From NCBI GenBank assembly GCA_028871345.1, contig JAGWNK010000015.1, positions 7,064 to 71,063 on the forward strand: a stretch of 64,000 nucleotides of DNA. Reading direction: 5' to 3'. Below, piece after piece: positions 40,030-48,792 of this stretch. The position numbers and the translations under genes were made by a program. The notes under the pieces are model-generated. The model saw nothing but the letters and a program-made list of their open reading frames with translations. It made no database searches and was not told the origin of the DNA. Every line of letters begins with the position of its first letter. Within the stretch, counting starts at the first letter, position 1. The stretch comes from Alphaproteobacteria bacterium (GTDB lineage Bacteria > Pseudomonadota > Alphaproteobacteria > Micropepsales > Micropepsaceae).

Positions 40030-41113
40030 AGATCGGCTTGTTGAGCCCCAGATGCTCGCGGATGCCGCGCGGCTTCAGGCTCATCAGCTCGGGCAGGATC
40101 TTCTCGAGGCTGGCCTCGTCGACCCGGCCGGTGCCGTGCAGGTTCACGTAGAGCGACAATGGATCGCTGATGCCGATGGCATAGGAGATCTGGATGGTGC
40201 AGCGCTCGGCCAGACCCGCCGCCACGACGTTCTTGGCCAGATAGCGCGCGGCATAGGCGGCCGAGCGGTCGACCTTGGTGGGGTCCTTGCCCGAGAAGGC
40301 GCCCCCGCCATGCGGGGCCGCGCCGCCGTAGGTGTCGACGATGATCTTGCGCCCCGTCAGGCCGCAGTCGCCGTCGGGTCCGCCCACCACGAAGGCGCCC
40401 GTCGGATTGACGTGCCACACCGTGTTGGCGTTGATCCAGCCGCCCGGCAGGGCGTCGCGGATATACGGCTCGACCACGGCGCGCACATCGGCCGAGGTCA
40501 TCGATTCGTCGAGATGCTGGGTGGACAGCACGATCTGGGTCGCCTCGACGGGCCTGCCATGGTCGTAGCGCAGCGTGACCTGACTCTTGGCATCGGGGCC
40601 GAGCTTGGGCTCCTTGCCGGCATGGCGCGCCTCGGCCAACAGCTTCAGGATCTTGTGGCTGTAATGAATAGGGGCCGGCATCAGCTCCGGCGTCTCGCGG
40701 CAGGCATAGCCGAACATGATGCCCTGGTCGCCAGCGCCTTCGTCCTTGTTGCCGGACGCATCGACGCCCTGGGCGATGTGCGGGGACTGGGCGTGGAGCA
40801 GCACTTCGACGCGGGCTTCCTCGTGATGGAAGCCGTCCTGCTCGTAGCCGATCTTGCGCACGGCGGCGCGGGCCGCCTCTTCCACCATGTCGAAGGTGAT
40901 GGCGGCCGGGCCGCGGGTCTCGCCGGCGATGACGATGCGGTTGGTGGTCGCCAAGGTCTCGCAGGCCACGCGTAAGTCCTTGACCGGGAAGCCGTTCTTC
41001 GGTCCTTCGCGGAAGAACAGGTCGACCACTTCGTCGGAAATGCGGTCGCAGACCTTGTCGGGGTGTCCTTCGGACACGCTTTCGCTGGTGAACAGGTAGT
41101 TGGACCGCGCCAT
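39923..41113 (-). CDS. metK: S-adenosylmethionine synthetase
   Basis: [35 protein letters not shown] and [16 protein letters not shown] are present. ATG 41113. Confidence 0.97.
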   Translation of the reverse strand: MARSNYLFTSESVSEGHPDKVCDRISDEVVDLFFREGPKNGFPVKDLRVACETLATTNRIVIAGETRGPAAITFDMVEEAARAAVRKIGYEQDGFHHEEARVEVLLHAQSPHIAQGVDASGNKDEGAGDQGIMFGYACRETPELMPAPIHYSHKILKLLAEARHAGKEPKLGPDAKSQVTLRYDHGRPVEATQIVLSTQHLDESMTSADVRAVVEPYIRDALPGGWINANTVWHVNPTGAFVVGGPDGDCGLTGRKIIVDTYGGAAPHGGGAFSGKDPTKVDRSAAYAARYLAKNVVAAGLAERCTIQISYAIGISDPLSLYVNLHGTGRVDEASLEKILPELMSLKPRGIREHLGLNKPIYARTSAYGHFGREPDADGGFSWEKTDLVAGLKHAF

Positions 41114-41239
41114 TTCCCAAAATCCTTTACTGACGGCGCGACTCCATACAGGGAATTCCGCCGGGGTCAACAGCATATGCAGATTTCGACATATGCTGCG
41201 GTAGTTCCGGCTGCGGGATTGCGACGCAGGAGCGCGGTC

Positions 41240-42547
41240 CTAGAGGATGAACCGCGACAAGTCCTGGTCCTTGGCCAGATCCTCCACCCGCGCCTTCACA
41301 TAGGCGGCATCGACGGCCAGGGTGTCGCCCTGACGCTCGGAGGCGGCAAAACTCAGCTCGTCGAGCACCCGCTCCATCACCGTCTGCAGCCGGCGCGCCC
41401 CGATGTTCTCCACCGTGGCATTGACCTGGGCGGCGATGTCGGCGATGGCGGCGATGCCGTCGTCGGTGAAACTGACGGTGACGCCCTCCGTCGCCATCAG
41501 CGCCTTGTACTGCTTGATGAGGCTGGCCTCGGGTTCGGTCAGGATGCGCTGGAAGTCGTCGCGGGTCAGCGCCTTCAGCTCGACGCGGATCGGCAGGCGG
41601 CCCTGCAGCTCGGGCAAGAGATCCGAGGGCTTCGCCGTGTGGAAGGCGCCGGAGGCGATGAACAGGATGTGGTCGGTCCTCACCTGGCCGTGCTTGGTGG
41701 CGACCGTGGTGCCCTCGATCAGAGGCAGGAGGTCGCGCTGCACGCCTTCGCGGCTGACGTCGCCGCCGCCGCGGAATTCGGAGCGGGCGCAGATCTTGTC
41801 GATCTCGTCGAGGAAGACGATGCCGTTGTCCTCGGTCTCCTGGATGGCTTCGCGCAGGATGGCGTCCTGGTCGATCAGCTTGTCGGCCTCTTCGGCGAGC
41901 AACGGGCTGCGCGCCTCGGCGACGGTCATACGCCGCGCCTTGGAGCGGCCGCTGAAGGCTTTGCCGAAGATGTCGCCCAGATTGACCATGGAGATCTGCG
42001 CGTTCGGCATGCCGGGGATTTCGAAGGCCGGCATGCCGCCGGCCTCCTTCATCTCGATCTCGATCTGCTTCTCGTCGAGATCGCCGGCGCGCAGCGACTT
42101 GCGGAAGGATTCGCGCGTCGAGCCGGCGGAATGGCCGACCAGGGCGTCGAGCAGGCGGTCCTCGGCGCGCGCCTCGGCCTGGGCCTCGACGTCGCGGCGG
42201 CGCCGCTCGCGCACCTGGGCGATAGCGACCTCCAGAAGATCGCGCACGATCTGCTCCACGTCGCGCCCGACATAGCCCACTTCGGTGAACTTGGTCGCCT
42301 CGACCTTGAGGAACGGCGCCTGCGCGAGCTTGGCGAGACGGCGGGAGATTTCGGTCTTGCCGACGCCGGTCGGTCCGATCATCAGGATGTTCTTGGGCAG
42401 CACCTCCTCGCGCAGCTCCGGGGAGAGCTGCTGGCGGCGCCAGCGGTTGCGCAGGGCGATGGCGACCGCGCGCTTGGCCTCGTGCTGGCCGATGATGTGG
42501 CGGTCGAGCTCGGAAACGATTTCGCGGGGCGTGAAGGCGGAACTCAT
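41240..42547 (-). CDS. hslU: ATP-dependent protease ATPase subunit HslU
   Basis: [16 protein letters not shown], Walker [11 protein letters not shown] and [10 protein letters not shown] are present. Confidence 0.97.
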   Translation of the reverse strand: MSSAFTPREIVSELDRHIIGQHEAKRAVAIALRNRWRRQQLSPELREEVLPKNILMIGPTGVGKTEISRRLAKLAQAPFLKVEATKFTEVGYVGRDVEQIVRDLLEVAIAQVRERRRRDVEAQAEARAEDRLLDALVGHSAGSTRESFRKSLRAGDLDEKQIEIEMKEAGGMPAFEIPGMPNAQISMVNLGDIFGKAFSGRSKARRMTVAEARSPLLAEEADKLIDQDAILREAIQETEDNGIVFLDEIDKICARSEFRGGGDVSREGVQRDLLPLIEGTTVATKHGQVRTDHILFIASGAFHTAKPSDLLPELQGRLPIRVELKALTRDDFQRILTEPEASLIKQYKALMATEGVTVSFTDDGIAAIADIAAQVNATVENIGARRLQTVMERVLDELSFAASERQGDTLAVDAAYVKARVEDLAKDQDLSRFIL

Positions 42548-42580
42548 GGGGACATATATGGGAGCGAATGGGTGCGAAGT

Positions 42581-42962
42581 CTACTGCAGCGCCGAAACGA
42601 TGTCCGTCCGCGCGAAGTCCGCTCCTTTGTATAGCAGCGGTTCCCCGGTTGCTTTGGCGAGGGCGTAGGCAAGACCGTCGCCCAGGTTGAGCGCGGCGGG
42701 ATGACGCCCCTTGCCGAAATCGCGCCAGGCTATATGCGCCAGGCGCATTTGAAACTGATCGACGGGAACGATGATAATTCCGGCGGCGGCGAATTCATCG
42801 AGTACCGCGGCGTCTTCTGCACGCGCTCGCTCGGCCTGAATCGCCGCCTCGAGCCAATTGACCGGTGACATGACCCTGGGCGCGAAGGATAGCGCTGACA
42901 AACCGCTCGCACTCCGGCTCGAGCTTGAGAATGGCGATGAGCGCAGAAGCATCGATCACCAT
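42581..42962 (-). pseudogene. vapC: PIN-domain toxin VapC, frameshifted
   Basis: MVIDASALIAILKLEPECERFVSAIL (ATG 42962) is in one frame. The sequence continues as PRVMSPVNWLEAAIQAERARAEDAAVLDEF...GRHPAALNLGDGLAYALAKATGEPLLYKGADFARTDI in another. The junction is near 42868-42882. The 382-nt span is not a multiple of 3. Confidence 0.7.
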
Positions 42963-42975
42963 CAGACGGGCAGCA

Positions 42976-43233
42976 TCAGAGGGGCAACCCGTCTTCGTCG
43001 TAAAGTTCATCGACCAGTTCGCGGCTGGTCCTGTTTTCCCCCTGCAGTCCGGTTGCGCGCTCGGCGATTGCCAGAAGTTGAGCGGCTTGCGCATCCTCGG
43101 AGAGCAGAGATCTTTCCGGAGTACGTTGCAGCTTCTCTTCCAAAACGTGGATTACCACCTGCGTCGGATCTTCGCCGGTCCGCGCGGCGAGCTTCCGCGC
43201 CCGTTCATCGATCCTGGGATATCGGATGTTCAT
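42976..43233 (-). CDS. vapB: VapB-family antitoxin
   Basis: MNIRYPRIDERARKLAARTGEDPTQVVIHVLEEKL... has a FitA/VapB-like N-terminus and an acidic C-terminus. It lies 13 nt upstream of vapC. Confidence 0.7.
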   Translation of the reverse strand: MNIRYPRIDERARKLAARTGEDPTQVVIHVLEEKLQRTPERSLLSEDAQAAQLLAIAERATGLQGENRTSRELVDELYDEDGLPL

Positions 43234-43278
43234 GTCGCACCTGACCGGAAGCCATCCTACATCCGCCACCTGCGGTCC

Positions 43279-43824
43279 TCAACCGACGGCAAGGCTTTCC
43301 GTGACAAGGTTCTCGTTGGTGTAGATGCAGATGTCGGCGGCGATCTTCATGGCGCGCCTGGCGATATCCTCCGCGGACAGATCAAAATCGAGCAAGGCCC
43401 GCGCCGCGGCGAGCGCGAACGGCCCGCCCGAGCCGATGCCGATCAGGCCGTCCTCGGGTTCGACCACGTCGCCGGTGCCCGACAGGATCAGCGAAGTCTT
43501 GGCGTCGGCCACCGCCATCATGGCTTCGAGCCGGCGCAGATAGCGATCGGTGCGCCAGTCCTTGGCGAGTTCGACGCAGGCGCGGGCGAGGTTGCCCGGA
43601 TGCTGCTCGAGCTTGCCTTCCAGGCGCTCGAACAAGGCGAAGGCATCGGCCGTGGCGCCGGCGAATCCGGCAATGACGTCGCCCTTGCCCAGGCGGCGGA
43701 CCTTGCGGGCATTGGCCTTCATCACCGTGGCGCCGAGGGTGACCTGGCCGTCGCCCGCCACTATGACGGTGCCCGCCTTGCGCAGGGACAGGATGGTGGT
43801 GGAACGCCATTCGGGATGGGACAT
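43279..43824 (-). CDS. hslV: ATP-dependent protease subunit HslV
   Basis: [26 protein letters not shown] (N-terminal Thr nucleophile region) and [14 protein letters not shown] are present. Confidence 0.96.
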   Translation of the reverse strand: MSHPEWRSTTILSLRKAGTVIVAGDGQVTLGATVMKANARKVRRLGKGDVIAGFAGATADAFALFERLEGKLEQHPGNLARACVELAKDWRTDRYLRRLEAMMAVADAKTSLILSGTGDVVEPEDGLIGIGSGGPFALAAARALLDFDLSAEDIARRAMKIAADICIYTNENLVTESLAVG

Positions 43825-43833
43825 GGTAAGCTC

Positions 43834-43870
43834 TATATAGGGTGGGATTCGGCAAAATCACGATGCTCGC
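43834..43870 (-). promoter_or_regulatory. Candidate heat-shock promoter of hslV
   Basis: Minus-strand reading: CGTGA, 15 nt, then CCCTATATAG. The CCCACCCTATATA block is identical to the one in the dnaK promoter. The -35 is imperfect. Confidence 0.4.
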
Positions 43871-44870
43871 CAAAATACCCTATGTCGACATCCGCGGGTA
43901 CACGCCCCTGGAACTGCTGTTCCTGCAGCGCAGCCGCGCCCGCGCTTTGGTGGAGGCGGCGGCATCGACCTTCGGCGGATGGTCGCGCGTTGTCAGCCGA
44001 TACGCCCTGCCGCTCGGCGACCGCGCCTCGCGCCGCTGGCTCAAGCGCACCGCCAATCCCTATCTGCATGAGATCGACCTGATCGCCGAGCATGTGGGCG
44101 TCTGCGGCGCCTTCACCCTCAACATCTGCTTCGAATGGGGCTGCACGACCGGCGTCTGGGAGAGGCCGGCGGCGCCGCTGCTGCGCCGTGTGCTCGACTG
44201 GCCGTTCCCGCTGCTGGGCGAATCCGTGGTGGTGGCGCATCAGAGCGGGCCGGCCGGAGATTATCTGAACGTGACATGGCCCGGCTTCTGCGGCGTGCTG
44301 CAGGCGATGGCGCCGGGTCGTTTTGCCGCCGCCTTGAACCAGGCCCCGATGCGCAAGCGCGGCGGCGGCCTGCCGGGCGACTGGTTCTTGGGACGCCTGG
44401 CAGCGGGCCGCGCCACGGGGCTGCCGGCCTCGCACCTGCTGCGCAAGACCTTTGAAACCGCACCCGACTACGCCGCGGCGCGCCGTCTGTTGTGCGAAGC
44501 GCCGCTGGCGACGCCGGCGATCTTCACCCTGTCGGGCCGGCTTCCCCACGAGGGCTGCGTCATCGAGCGCACCGAGGAAGGCTATGGCGTGCAGGATATG
44601 GAGAACGCCCCGGTCTGCGCCGCCAACCATTTCGAGACGCATCTGAACACGCTGCGCCACGGCTGGCGGGCGCGCCCCATCGACAGCGAAGGCCGCATCG
44701 CCCAGGCCCGGATGATGGGCGCGGGCGGCCAGGGCTTCTCGTGGTTCGTGCCGCCCATCGCCAATGTGAACAGCCGGCTGGCCATGATGGCGGACGCCGC
44801 CGGGCTGCTGGCCGTCATCGGGACCTATGGCGTGAAGCCGGTCACGGAGCCTTTCGAATGGCCGGGCTAG
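43863..44870 (+). CDS. Conserved hypothetical protein, possibly an Ntn-hydrolase (C45/acyltransferase-like, G|CTT motif)
   Basis: The 335-342-aa ORF includes NICFEWGCTTGVW, which resembles the self-cleavage Gly-Cys-Thr-Thr site of C45 Ntn hydrolases. The assignment is tentative and the start (43842 or 43863) is uncertain. Confidence 0.45.
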   Translation: MLAKIPYVDIRGYTPLELLFLQRSRARALVEAAASTFGGWSRVVSRYALPLGDRASRRWLKRTANPYLHEIDLIAEHVGVCGAFTLNICFEWGCTTGVWERPAAPLLRRVLDWPFPLLGESVVVAHQSGPAGDYLNVTWPGFCGVLQAMAPGRFAAALNQAPMRKRGGGLPGDWFLGRLAAGRATGLPASHLLRKTFETAPDYAAARRLLCEAPLATPAIFTLSGRLPHEGCVIERTEEGYGVQDMENAPVCAANHFETHLNTLRHGWRARPIDSEGRIAQARMMGAGGQGFSWFVPPIANVNSRLAMMADAAGLLAVIGTYGVKPVTEPFEWPG

Positions 44871-44918
44871 GCTGAACGCCCCGCCCTTGCTATCAAACGT
44901 CATCTTCGGGAGGCGCCC

Positions 44919-45518
44919 ATGCGCACAGCCACTGTCGAACGCAAGACCCGCGAGACCGAGATCGCCGTGTCTCTGGACCTCGACGGGGCGGGCGAATGCG
45001 ACATCGACACGGGGATCGGCTTCCTCGACCACATGCTGGAGAGCTTCGGCCGGCATTCGATGATCGACCTGAAGGTGCGCGCCCAAGGTGACCTGCATGT
45101 CGATTTCCATCACACCACCGAGGACACGGCCATCGTCATCGGCCAGGCGGTGAAGAAGGCGCTGGGCGATTTCGCCGGCATCACCCGCTTCGGGGCCGCG
45201 CTCATCCCGATGGACGAAGCGTTGACGCGCGTGGCCATCGACGTGTCGAACCGGCCTTATCTGGTGTGGCGCGTGACGATCCCGCAGCCCAAGCTGGGCG
45301 AGATGGATTCGGAGCTGTTCAAGGAATGGTTCCAGGCCTTCGCCATGAACGCCGGGGTCTGCCTGCACATCGAGAGCGTCTACGGGCAGAACAGCCACCA
45401 CATCGTCGAGACCTGTTTCAAGGGCCTGGCCCGCGCGCTGCGCCAGGCCATCGCCCCGGACGAACGCCTCGAAGGCGACGTCGCCTCGACCAAGGGCACG
45501 CTCGGCGGGAAGGCGTAG
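44919..45518 (+). CDS. hisB: Imidazoleglycerol-phosphate dehydratase
   Basis: [18 protein letters not shown]...GIGFLDHML...[12 protein letters not shown]...NSHHIVE. Confidence 0.96.
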   Translation: MRTATVERKTRETEIAVSLDLDGAGECDIDTGIGFLDHMLESFGRHSMIDLKVRAQGDLHVDFHHTTEDTAIVIGQAVKKALGDFAGITRFGAALIPMDEALTRVAIDVSNRPYLVWRVTIPQPKLGEMDSELFKEWFQAFAMNAGVCLHIESVYGQNSHHIVETCFKGLARALRQAIAPDERLEGDVASTKGTLGGKA

Positions 45519-45526
45519 GCCAGCCG

Positions 45527-45550
45527 TCCTCCCCCGTGAACGGGGGAGGA
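45527..45550 (-). repeat. Hairpin repeat copy (perfect: TCCTCCCCCG-TGAA-CGGGGGAGGA) 9 nt after the hisB stop
   Basis: The minus-strand reading, CCGTTTCCTCCCCCGTTCACGGGGGAGGACGG, matches the family flank. Confidence 0.85.
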
Positions 45551-45626
45551 AACGGGGTTTGCGGTGCTTTGCATACCTCCCGCAGCGGGTGCCTTGCGCT
45601 TTTCGCAGTTCCTTGCCTGACGTCGT

Positions 45627-45661
45627 GTCACGTTCGTGACGGACGCGTCACGTTCGTTGAC
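45627..45661 (+). promoter_or_regulatory. Tandem palindromic operator-like repeats overlapping a candidate -35 box
   Basis: GTCACGTTCGTGAC (45627-40, a perfect palindrome) and GTCACGTTCGTTGAC (45647-61) have a 20-nt period. TTGACA lies at 45657-62 and CATACT at 45679-84 (16-nt spacer). The site is about 60 nt upstream of the di-iron gene. Confidence 0.45.
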
Positions 45662-45742
45662 AGCATGCGAGTCTGTCTCATACTTATTCTAATCAGATGC
45701 GCCTTCTCTTCGCGGGCGCCGCCGGCCGAGGGAGGGTTTGCC

Positions 45743-46858
45743 ATGGTCCAGATCACCAAGGACGACGCCTATGACGCCGTTCCGCCCGACGACTTCCCCG
45801 CCATGATCGAAGCGGAGCGCTATGGCCGGCGCACCGCCGCCTTCGACCGCATCATCTCGGCGACCCACGACCATTTCTGGGACCCGCTCGACAAGCGCTA
45901 CATCGATTTCGACACCTCGTTCGACATCGAGAACGTGCAGGCGCTGCCGGATTGGATGTTCCCGTTCTTCCTGACCGATCTCGGCAAGGCGCTCAGCCCC
46001 AAGCAGAAGATCCTCTATGTCAGCGAGTCCAACCGCTGGTCGCTGTCGTCCATCCTGCACGGCGAGCAGGGGGCGCTGGCGCTGTCGGCCTCGCTCTGCC
46101 ACATCCTGAAGGACCCGGGCGCGCAGGAATATGCCGCCAACCAGACGCGCGAAGAGGCCCGCCACGTCACGGCGTTCTCGGCCTACATCAAGGCGCGCTG
46201 GGGCACGCCGCTGCCGGCGGGACCGACCCTCGTCAATCTCCTGACCGAAATCGTGCTGGCGCGCGAGGTCTACAAGAAGATCGTGGGCATGCAGATGCTG
46301 GTGGAAGGCCTTGCCATGGGCGCCTTCGCCACGCTCTACCAGCACGCCGCCGACCCTTTGCTCGTCAAGCTGTGCCAGCTGGTGATGACCGACGAGGCTT
46401 TCCACCACAAGTTCGGCAAGATCTGGGCGAGCCGCACCATCCCGCTTCTGTCGGCCGAAGAGCACGCGCTGGTCGAGGACTGGGCGGCCAACTGCTTCCA
46501 GACCCTGCTCTTCAACCTGATCAATCCCGAGCAGCAGAAATCGGTCTACGAGGCCATCGGCGTCGACTGGCAGGAGGCGCAGAGTGCCATCCTGGCAGCC
46601 TTCGGCGACGACCAGCGCCGCGAGCAGATGAAGGAATCCGCCAACATCTTCCGTGTGCTGATCAAGACCCTGCTCAACGCCGGCATCATCACCGAGCGCA
46701 CCCGCGCCTTCTACGCCATGTATGTCGACATGGAGGAGCTGAAGCGCGAGGGCCACCGCATGGTGGGCGACGACATCGCCGAGGACGGCATCCGCTATCT
46801 GCAGGCGATCAATTTCGGCGATGCCTCCAAGGGCGCCTCGCTGCTGGCGGCGGAGTGA
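45743..46858 (+). CDS. Ferritin-like di-iron carboxylate protein (R2/AurF-like oxygenase fold)
   Basis: ATG 45743 follows GAGGGAGGG. Four-helix ligand pattern: LHGEQGA, REEARHV (ExxH), LVEGLAM and MTDEAFHHKF (ExxH). Confidence 0.65.
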   Translation: MVQITKDDAYDAVPPDDFPAMIEAERYGRRTAAFDRIISATHDHFWDPLDKRYIDFDTSFDIENVQALPDWMFPFFLTDLGKALSPKQKILYVSESNRWSLSSILHGEQGALALSASLCHILKDPGAQEYAANQTREEARHVTAFSAYIKARWGTPLPAGPTLVNLLTEIVLAREVYKKIVGMQMLVEGLAMGAFATLYQHAADPLLVKLCQLVMTDEAFHHKFGKIWASRTIPLLSAEEHALVEDWAANCFQTLLFNLINPEQQKSVYEAIGVDWQEAQSAILAAFGDDQRREQMKESANIFRVLIKTLLNAGIITERTRAFYAMYVDMEELKREGHRMVGDDIAEDGIRYLQAINFGDASKGASLLAAE

Positions 46859-46865
46859 AGGCCGT

Positions 46866-46887
46866 TCCTTCCCCTGAAGGGGGAGGA
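46866..46887 (+). repeat. Degenerate hairpin repeat copy after the di-iron gene stop
   Basis: GTTCCTTCCCC-TGAA-GGGGGAGGACAGC is an imperfect stem with the family-like flank. Confidence 0.6.
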
Positions 46888-46908
46888 CAGCACCCGCCTT
46901 GACCTTGC

Positions 46909-46923
46909 GTTCCCGAAATGTTC
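46909..46923 (+). promoter_or_regulatory. Alphaproteobacterial LexA (SOS) box GTTC-N7-GTTC
   Basis: GTTCCCGAAATGTTC is a perfect match to the GTTC-N7-GTTC direct-repeat operator. It overlaps ATG 46918 and lies 10 nt upstream of the alternative in-frame ATG 46933. TTGACC is at 46899-904. Confidence 0.6.
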
Positions 46924-47358
46924 CGATGGCCCATGCACACGGCGGTCGATGTCGCGCGCGGGGTGTCCCGCCTTTTGATCCAGGAAGGCTATTCGCCCAT
47001 CCTCGAATTCACGCTGGCCAACGGGCGCCGGCTCGACGTGGCCGCGATCGGCGTCGACGGCACCATGCTGGGCGTCGAGATCAAGGTGGCGCTCGCCGAT
47101 CTCAAGGCCGACCAGAAATGGCCGGAGTACCTGGAGTATTGCGAACTCTTCTATTTCGCCATCCCCCCCGATTTTCCCGACGAGCATGTCCCCGTTTCGA
47201 CCGGGCTGATCGTCGCCGACCGCTATGGCGGAGCCATCGTGCGCCCGTCGCCGCGCACGGCGCTGCACGCCAGCCGGCGCAAGGCGGTCACCCTCAGCTT
47301 TGCCCGCGTCGCCGCCGAACGGCTGTCGCAGATCCTGGAAGCCACCGATGGTGTCTAA
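46918..47358 (+). CDS. mmcB: MmcB-family (PD-(D/E)XK-like) DNA repair protein
   Basis: GRRLDVAAIGVDGTMLGVEIKVALADLKADQKWPEYLEYCELFYFAIPPDFP shows the D...E-x-K nuclease-like core of the DUF1052/MmcB family. The real start may be ATG 46933. Confidence 0.6.
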   Translation: MFRWPMHTAVDVARGVSRLLIQEGYSPILEFTLANGRRLDVAAIGVDGTMLGVEIKVALADLKADQKWPEYLEYCELFYFAIPPDFPDEHVPVSTGLIVADRYGGAIVRPSPRTALHASRRKAVTLSFARVAAERLSQILEATDGV

Positions 47359-47818
47359 GACGCAATTCGAGAAGATCGCGCTGTCCTTCGAAGGCGTGGA
47401 GAAGGGAGAGTCCTACGGCAAGCCCGCCTTCCTGCTGGCCAAGAAGTTCTTCACGCGGCTGCGCCAGGAGGACAATTCCGCCGTGCTGATCGTCGGCTCG
47501 ATCGACGAGCGCGACATGCTCATCGAGGTCGAGCCCGGGATCTTCCACGTCACCAGCCATTACAAGGACTATCCCGCCGTACTGGCGCGCCTTGCCAAGG
47601 CCGACAGCAAGACGCTGCAAGGTCTGTTGGCGCAGCACTGGCGGCGGAGCGCGCCGAAAAGTCTCCTGAAGAAACTCTCCTCGCCCCTTGACGAGGAAGC
47701 GCCGGTGCGTTCGACGCCCGGCGCGACGGACGGGGCAACCCGCCTTCGGGCTGCGAAAGGCCGACCCGACCATTCCTCGTCGCCCAAGCGGGGGAAGAAG
47801 AAGCGGAAGAAGGCATGA
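47348..47818 (+). CDS. MmcQ/YjbR-family protein, paralog 1
   Basis: The ATG overlaps the mmcB 3' end by 11 nt. FEKIALSFEGVEKGESYGKPAFLLAKKFF...HYKDYPAVLARL...WRRSAPKSL. The Lys-rich tail is SSSPKRGKKKRKKA. Confidence 0.55.
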   Translation: MVSKTQFEKIALSFEGVEKGESYGKPAFLLAKKFFTRLRQEDNSAVLIVGSIDERDMLIEVEPGIFHVTSHYKDYPAVLARLAKADSKTLQGLLAQHWRRSAPKSLLKKLSSPLDEEAPVRSTPGATDGATRLRAAKGRPDHSSSPKRGKKKRKKA

Positions 47819-48225
47819 GCCTCAGCAAGGCCCAGGCGCTGAAGATCGCGCTGTCGTTTCCGGGCGCCGCCGAAAAGTCCTCCCACGGCCACCCTGCCGT
47901 GTTCGTGAACGGAAAGCTCCTGGCACAGATCGGCTGCCGCGAACCCCAGGCGGTGATGTTCCGCACGGACTCGATCGAAGAACGCGACATGCTGATCGCA
48001 GGCGATCCCGAGACCTTCTACGTCACGGATCACTTCAAGGATTACAAGGGGGCGCTGGCCAGGCTTGGGGCGCTCGACGCCGAGAGCCTGCGAAGCGTAT
48101 TGGAACGGCGCTGGCGCGCGATCGCGCCGCGGGAATTGCTGATTTCCTCCCGCATTCGCGGGGAAGACGCTTCGCGCCGGCGCGGGGGGCGGCCTTCCCG
48201 CAAACGGGGGGAGAAAGCGACTTAG
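47815..48225 (+). CDS. MmcQ/YjbR-family protein, paralog 2
   Basis: ATGA overlap with paralog 1. ALKIALSFPGAAEKSSHGHPAVFVNGKLL...HFKDYKGALARL...WRAIAPRELL is clearly homologous to paralog 1. Confidence 0.55.
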   Translation: MSLSKAQALKIALSFPGAAEKSSHGHPAVFVNGKLLAQIGCREPQAVMFRTDSIEERDMLIAGDPETFYVTDHFKDYKGALARLGALDAESLRSVLERRWRAIAPRELLISSRIRGEDASRRRGGRPSRKRGEKAT

Positions 48226-48752
48226 CGCGGGCTGCGCTTGGCCAGGATGCGCTGCAGGGTGCGGCGGTGCATGTTCAGCCGGCGCGCCGTCTCCGACACG
48301 TTGTGGCCGCACAGCTCATAGACCCGCTGGATGTGCTCCCAGCGCACGCGGTCGGCCGACATGGGATTCTCCGGCGGCTTGGGCTTGGAGCCCGGAGGCG
48401 CCATGAGGGCCGCCATGATGTCGTCGGCATCGGCGGGCTTCGGCAGATAGTCGATGGCGCCGTACTTCACCGCAGCCACGGCCGTGGCGATGTTGCCGAA
48501 TCCGGTGAGCACGACCACGCGGCTTTCCGGGCGCACGCCATGCAGCGTTTCGAGCACGTCGAGGCCGTTGCCGTCTTCCAGCTTGAGGTCGACCACGGCA
48601 AAGGCCGGCGGCGTTTCCTTGACGCGCGCCTTGCCTTCGCTGACGCCTTCGGCGATCGACACCACGAAGCCGCGCGCCTCCATGGCGCGGGCCAGACGTT
48701 CGCGCAACGGGCGATCGTCCTCCACAATCAACAGGGTCTTGTCTTCCGTCAT
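48222..48752 (-). CDS. regA: Redox response regulator RegA/PrrA/ActR
   Basis: The receiver domain (LLIVEDD...VVDLKLEDGNGLDV) is followed by the invariant C-terminal HTH NVSETARRLNMHRRTLQRILAKR. ATG 48752. Confidence 0.92.
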   Translation of the reverse strand: MTEDKTLLIVEDDRPLRERLARAMEARGFVVSIAEGVSEGKARVKETPPAFAVVDLKLEDGNGLDVLETLHGVRPESRVVVLTGFGNIATAVAAVKYGAIDYLPKPADADDIMAALMAPPGSKPKPPENPMSADRVRWEHIQRVYELCGHNVSETARRLNMHRRTLQRILAKRSPR

Positions 48753-48792
48753 CTTGCTGTCCTCGTTGAATTCCGATGCTGCGATGGAATCG

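Noticed and set aside
41114-41239. Possible SAM riboswitch in the metK leader
   Set aside because: I could not recognise SAM-II or SAM-V pseudoknot motifs. I saw only a 9-bp palindromic hairpin (CAGCATATG...CATATGCTG) that more likely terminates hslU, plus a plausible TTGACC/TATGGA promoter. This would need an Rfam scan to settle.
45627-45661. Tandem GTCACGTTCG(T)TGAC repeats considered as LexA or RirA (IRO) sites
   Set aside because: The two GTTC tetramers are 16 nt apart, not 7. The TGA...TCA spacing is 8, not 9. Neither matches, so the cognate regulator is left unknown.
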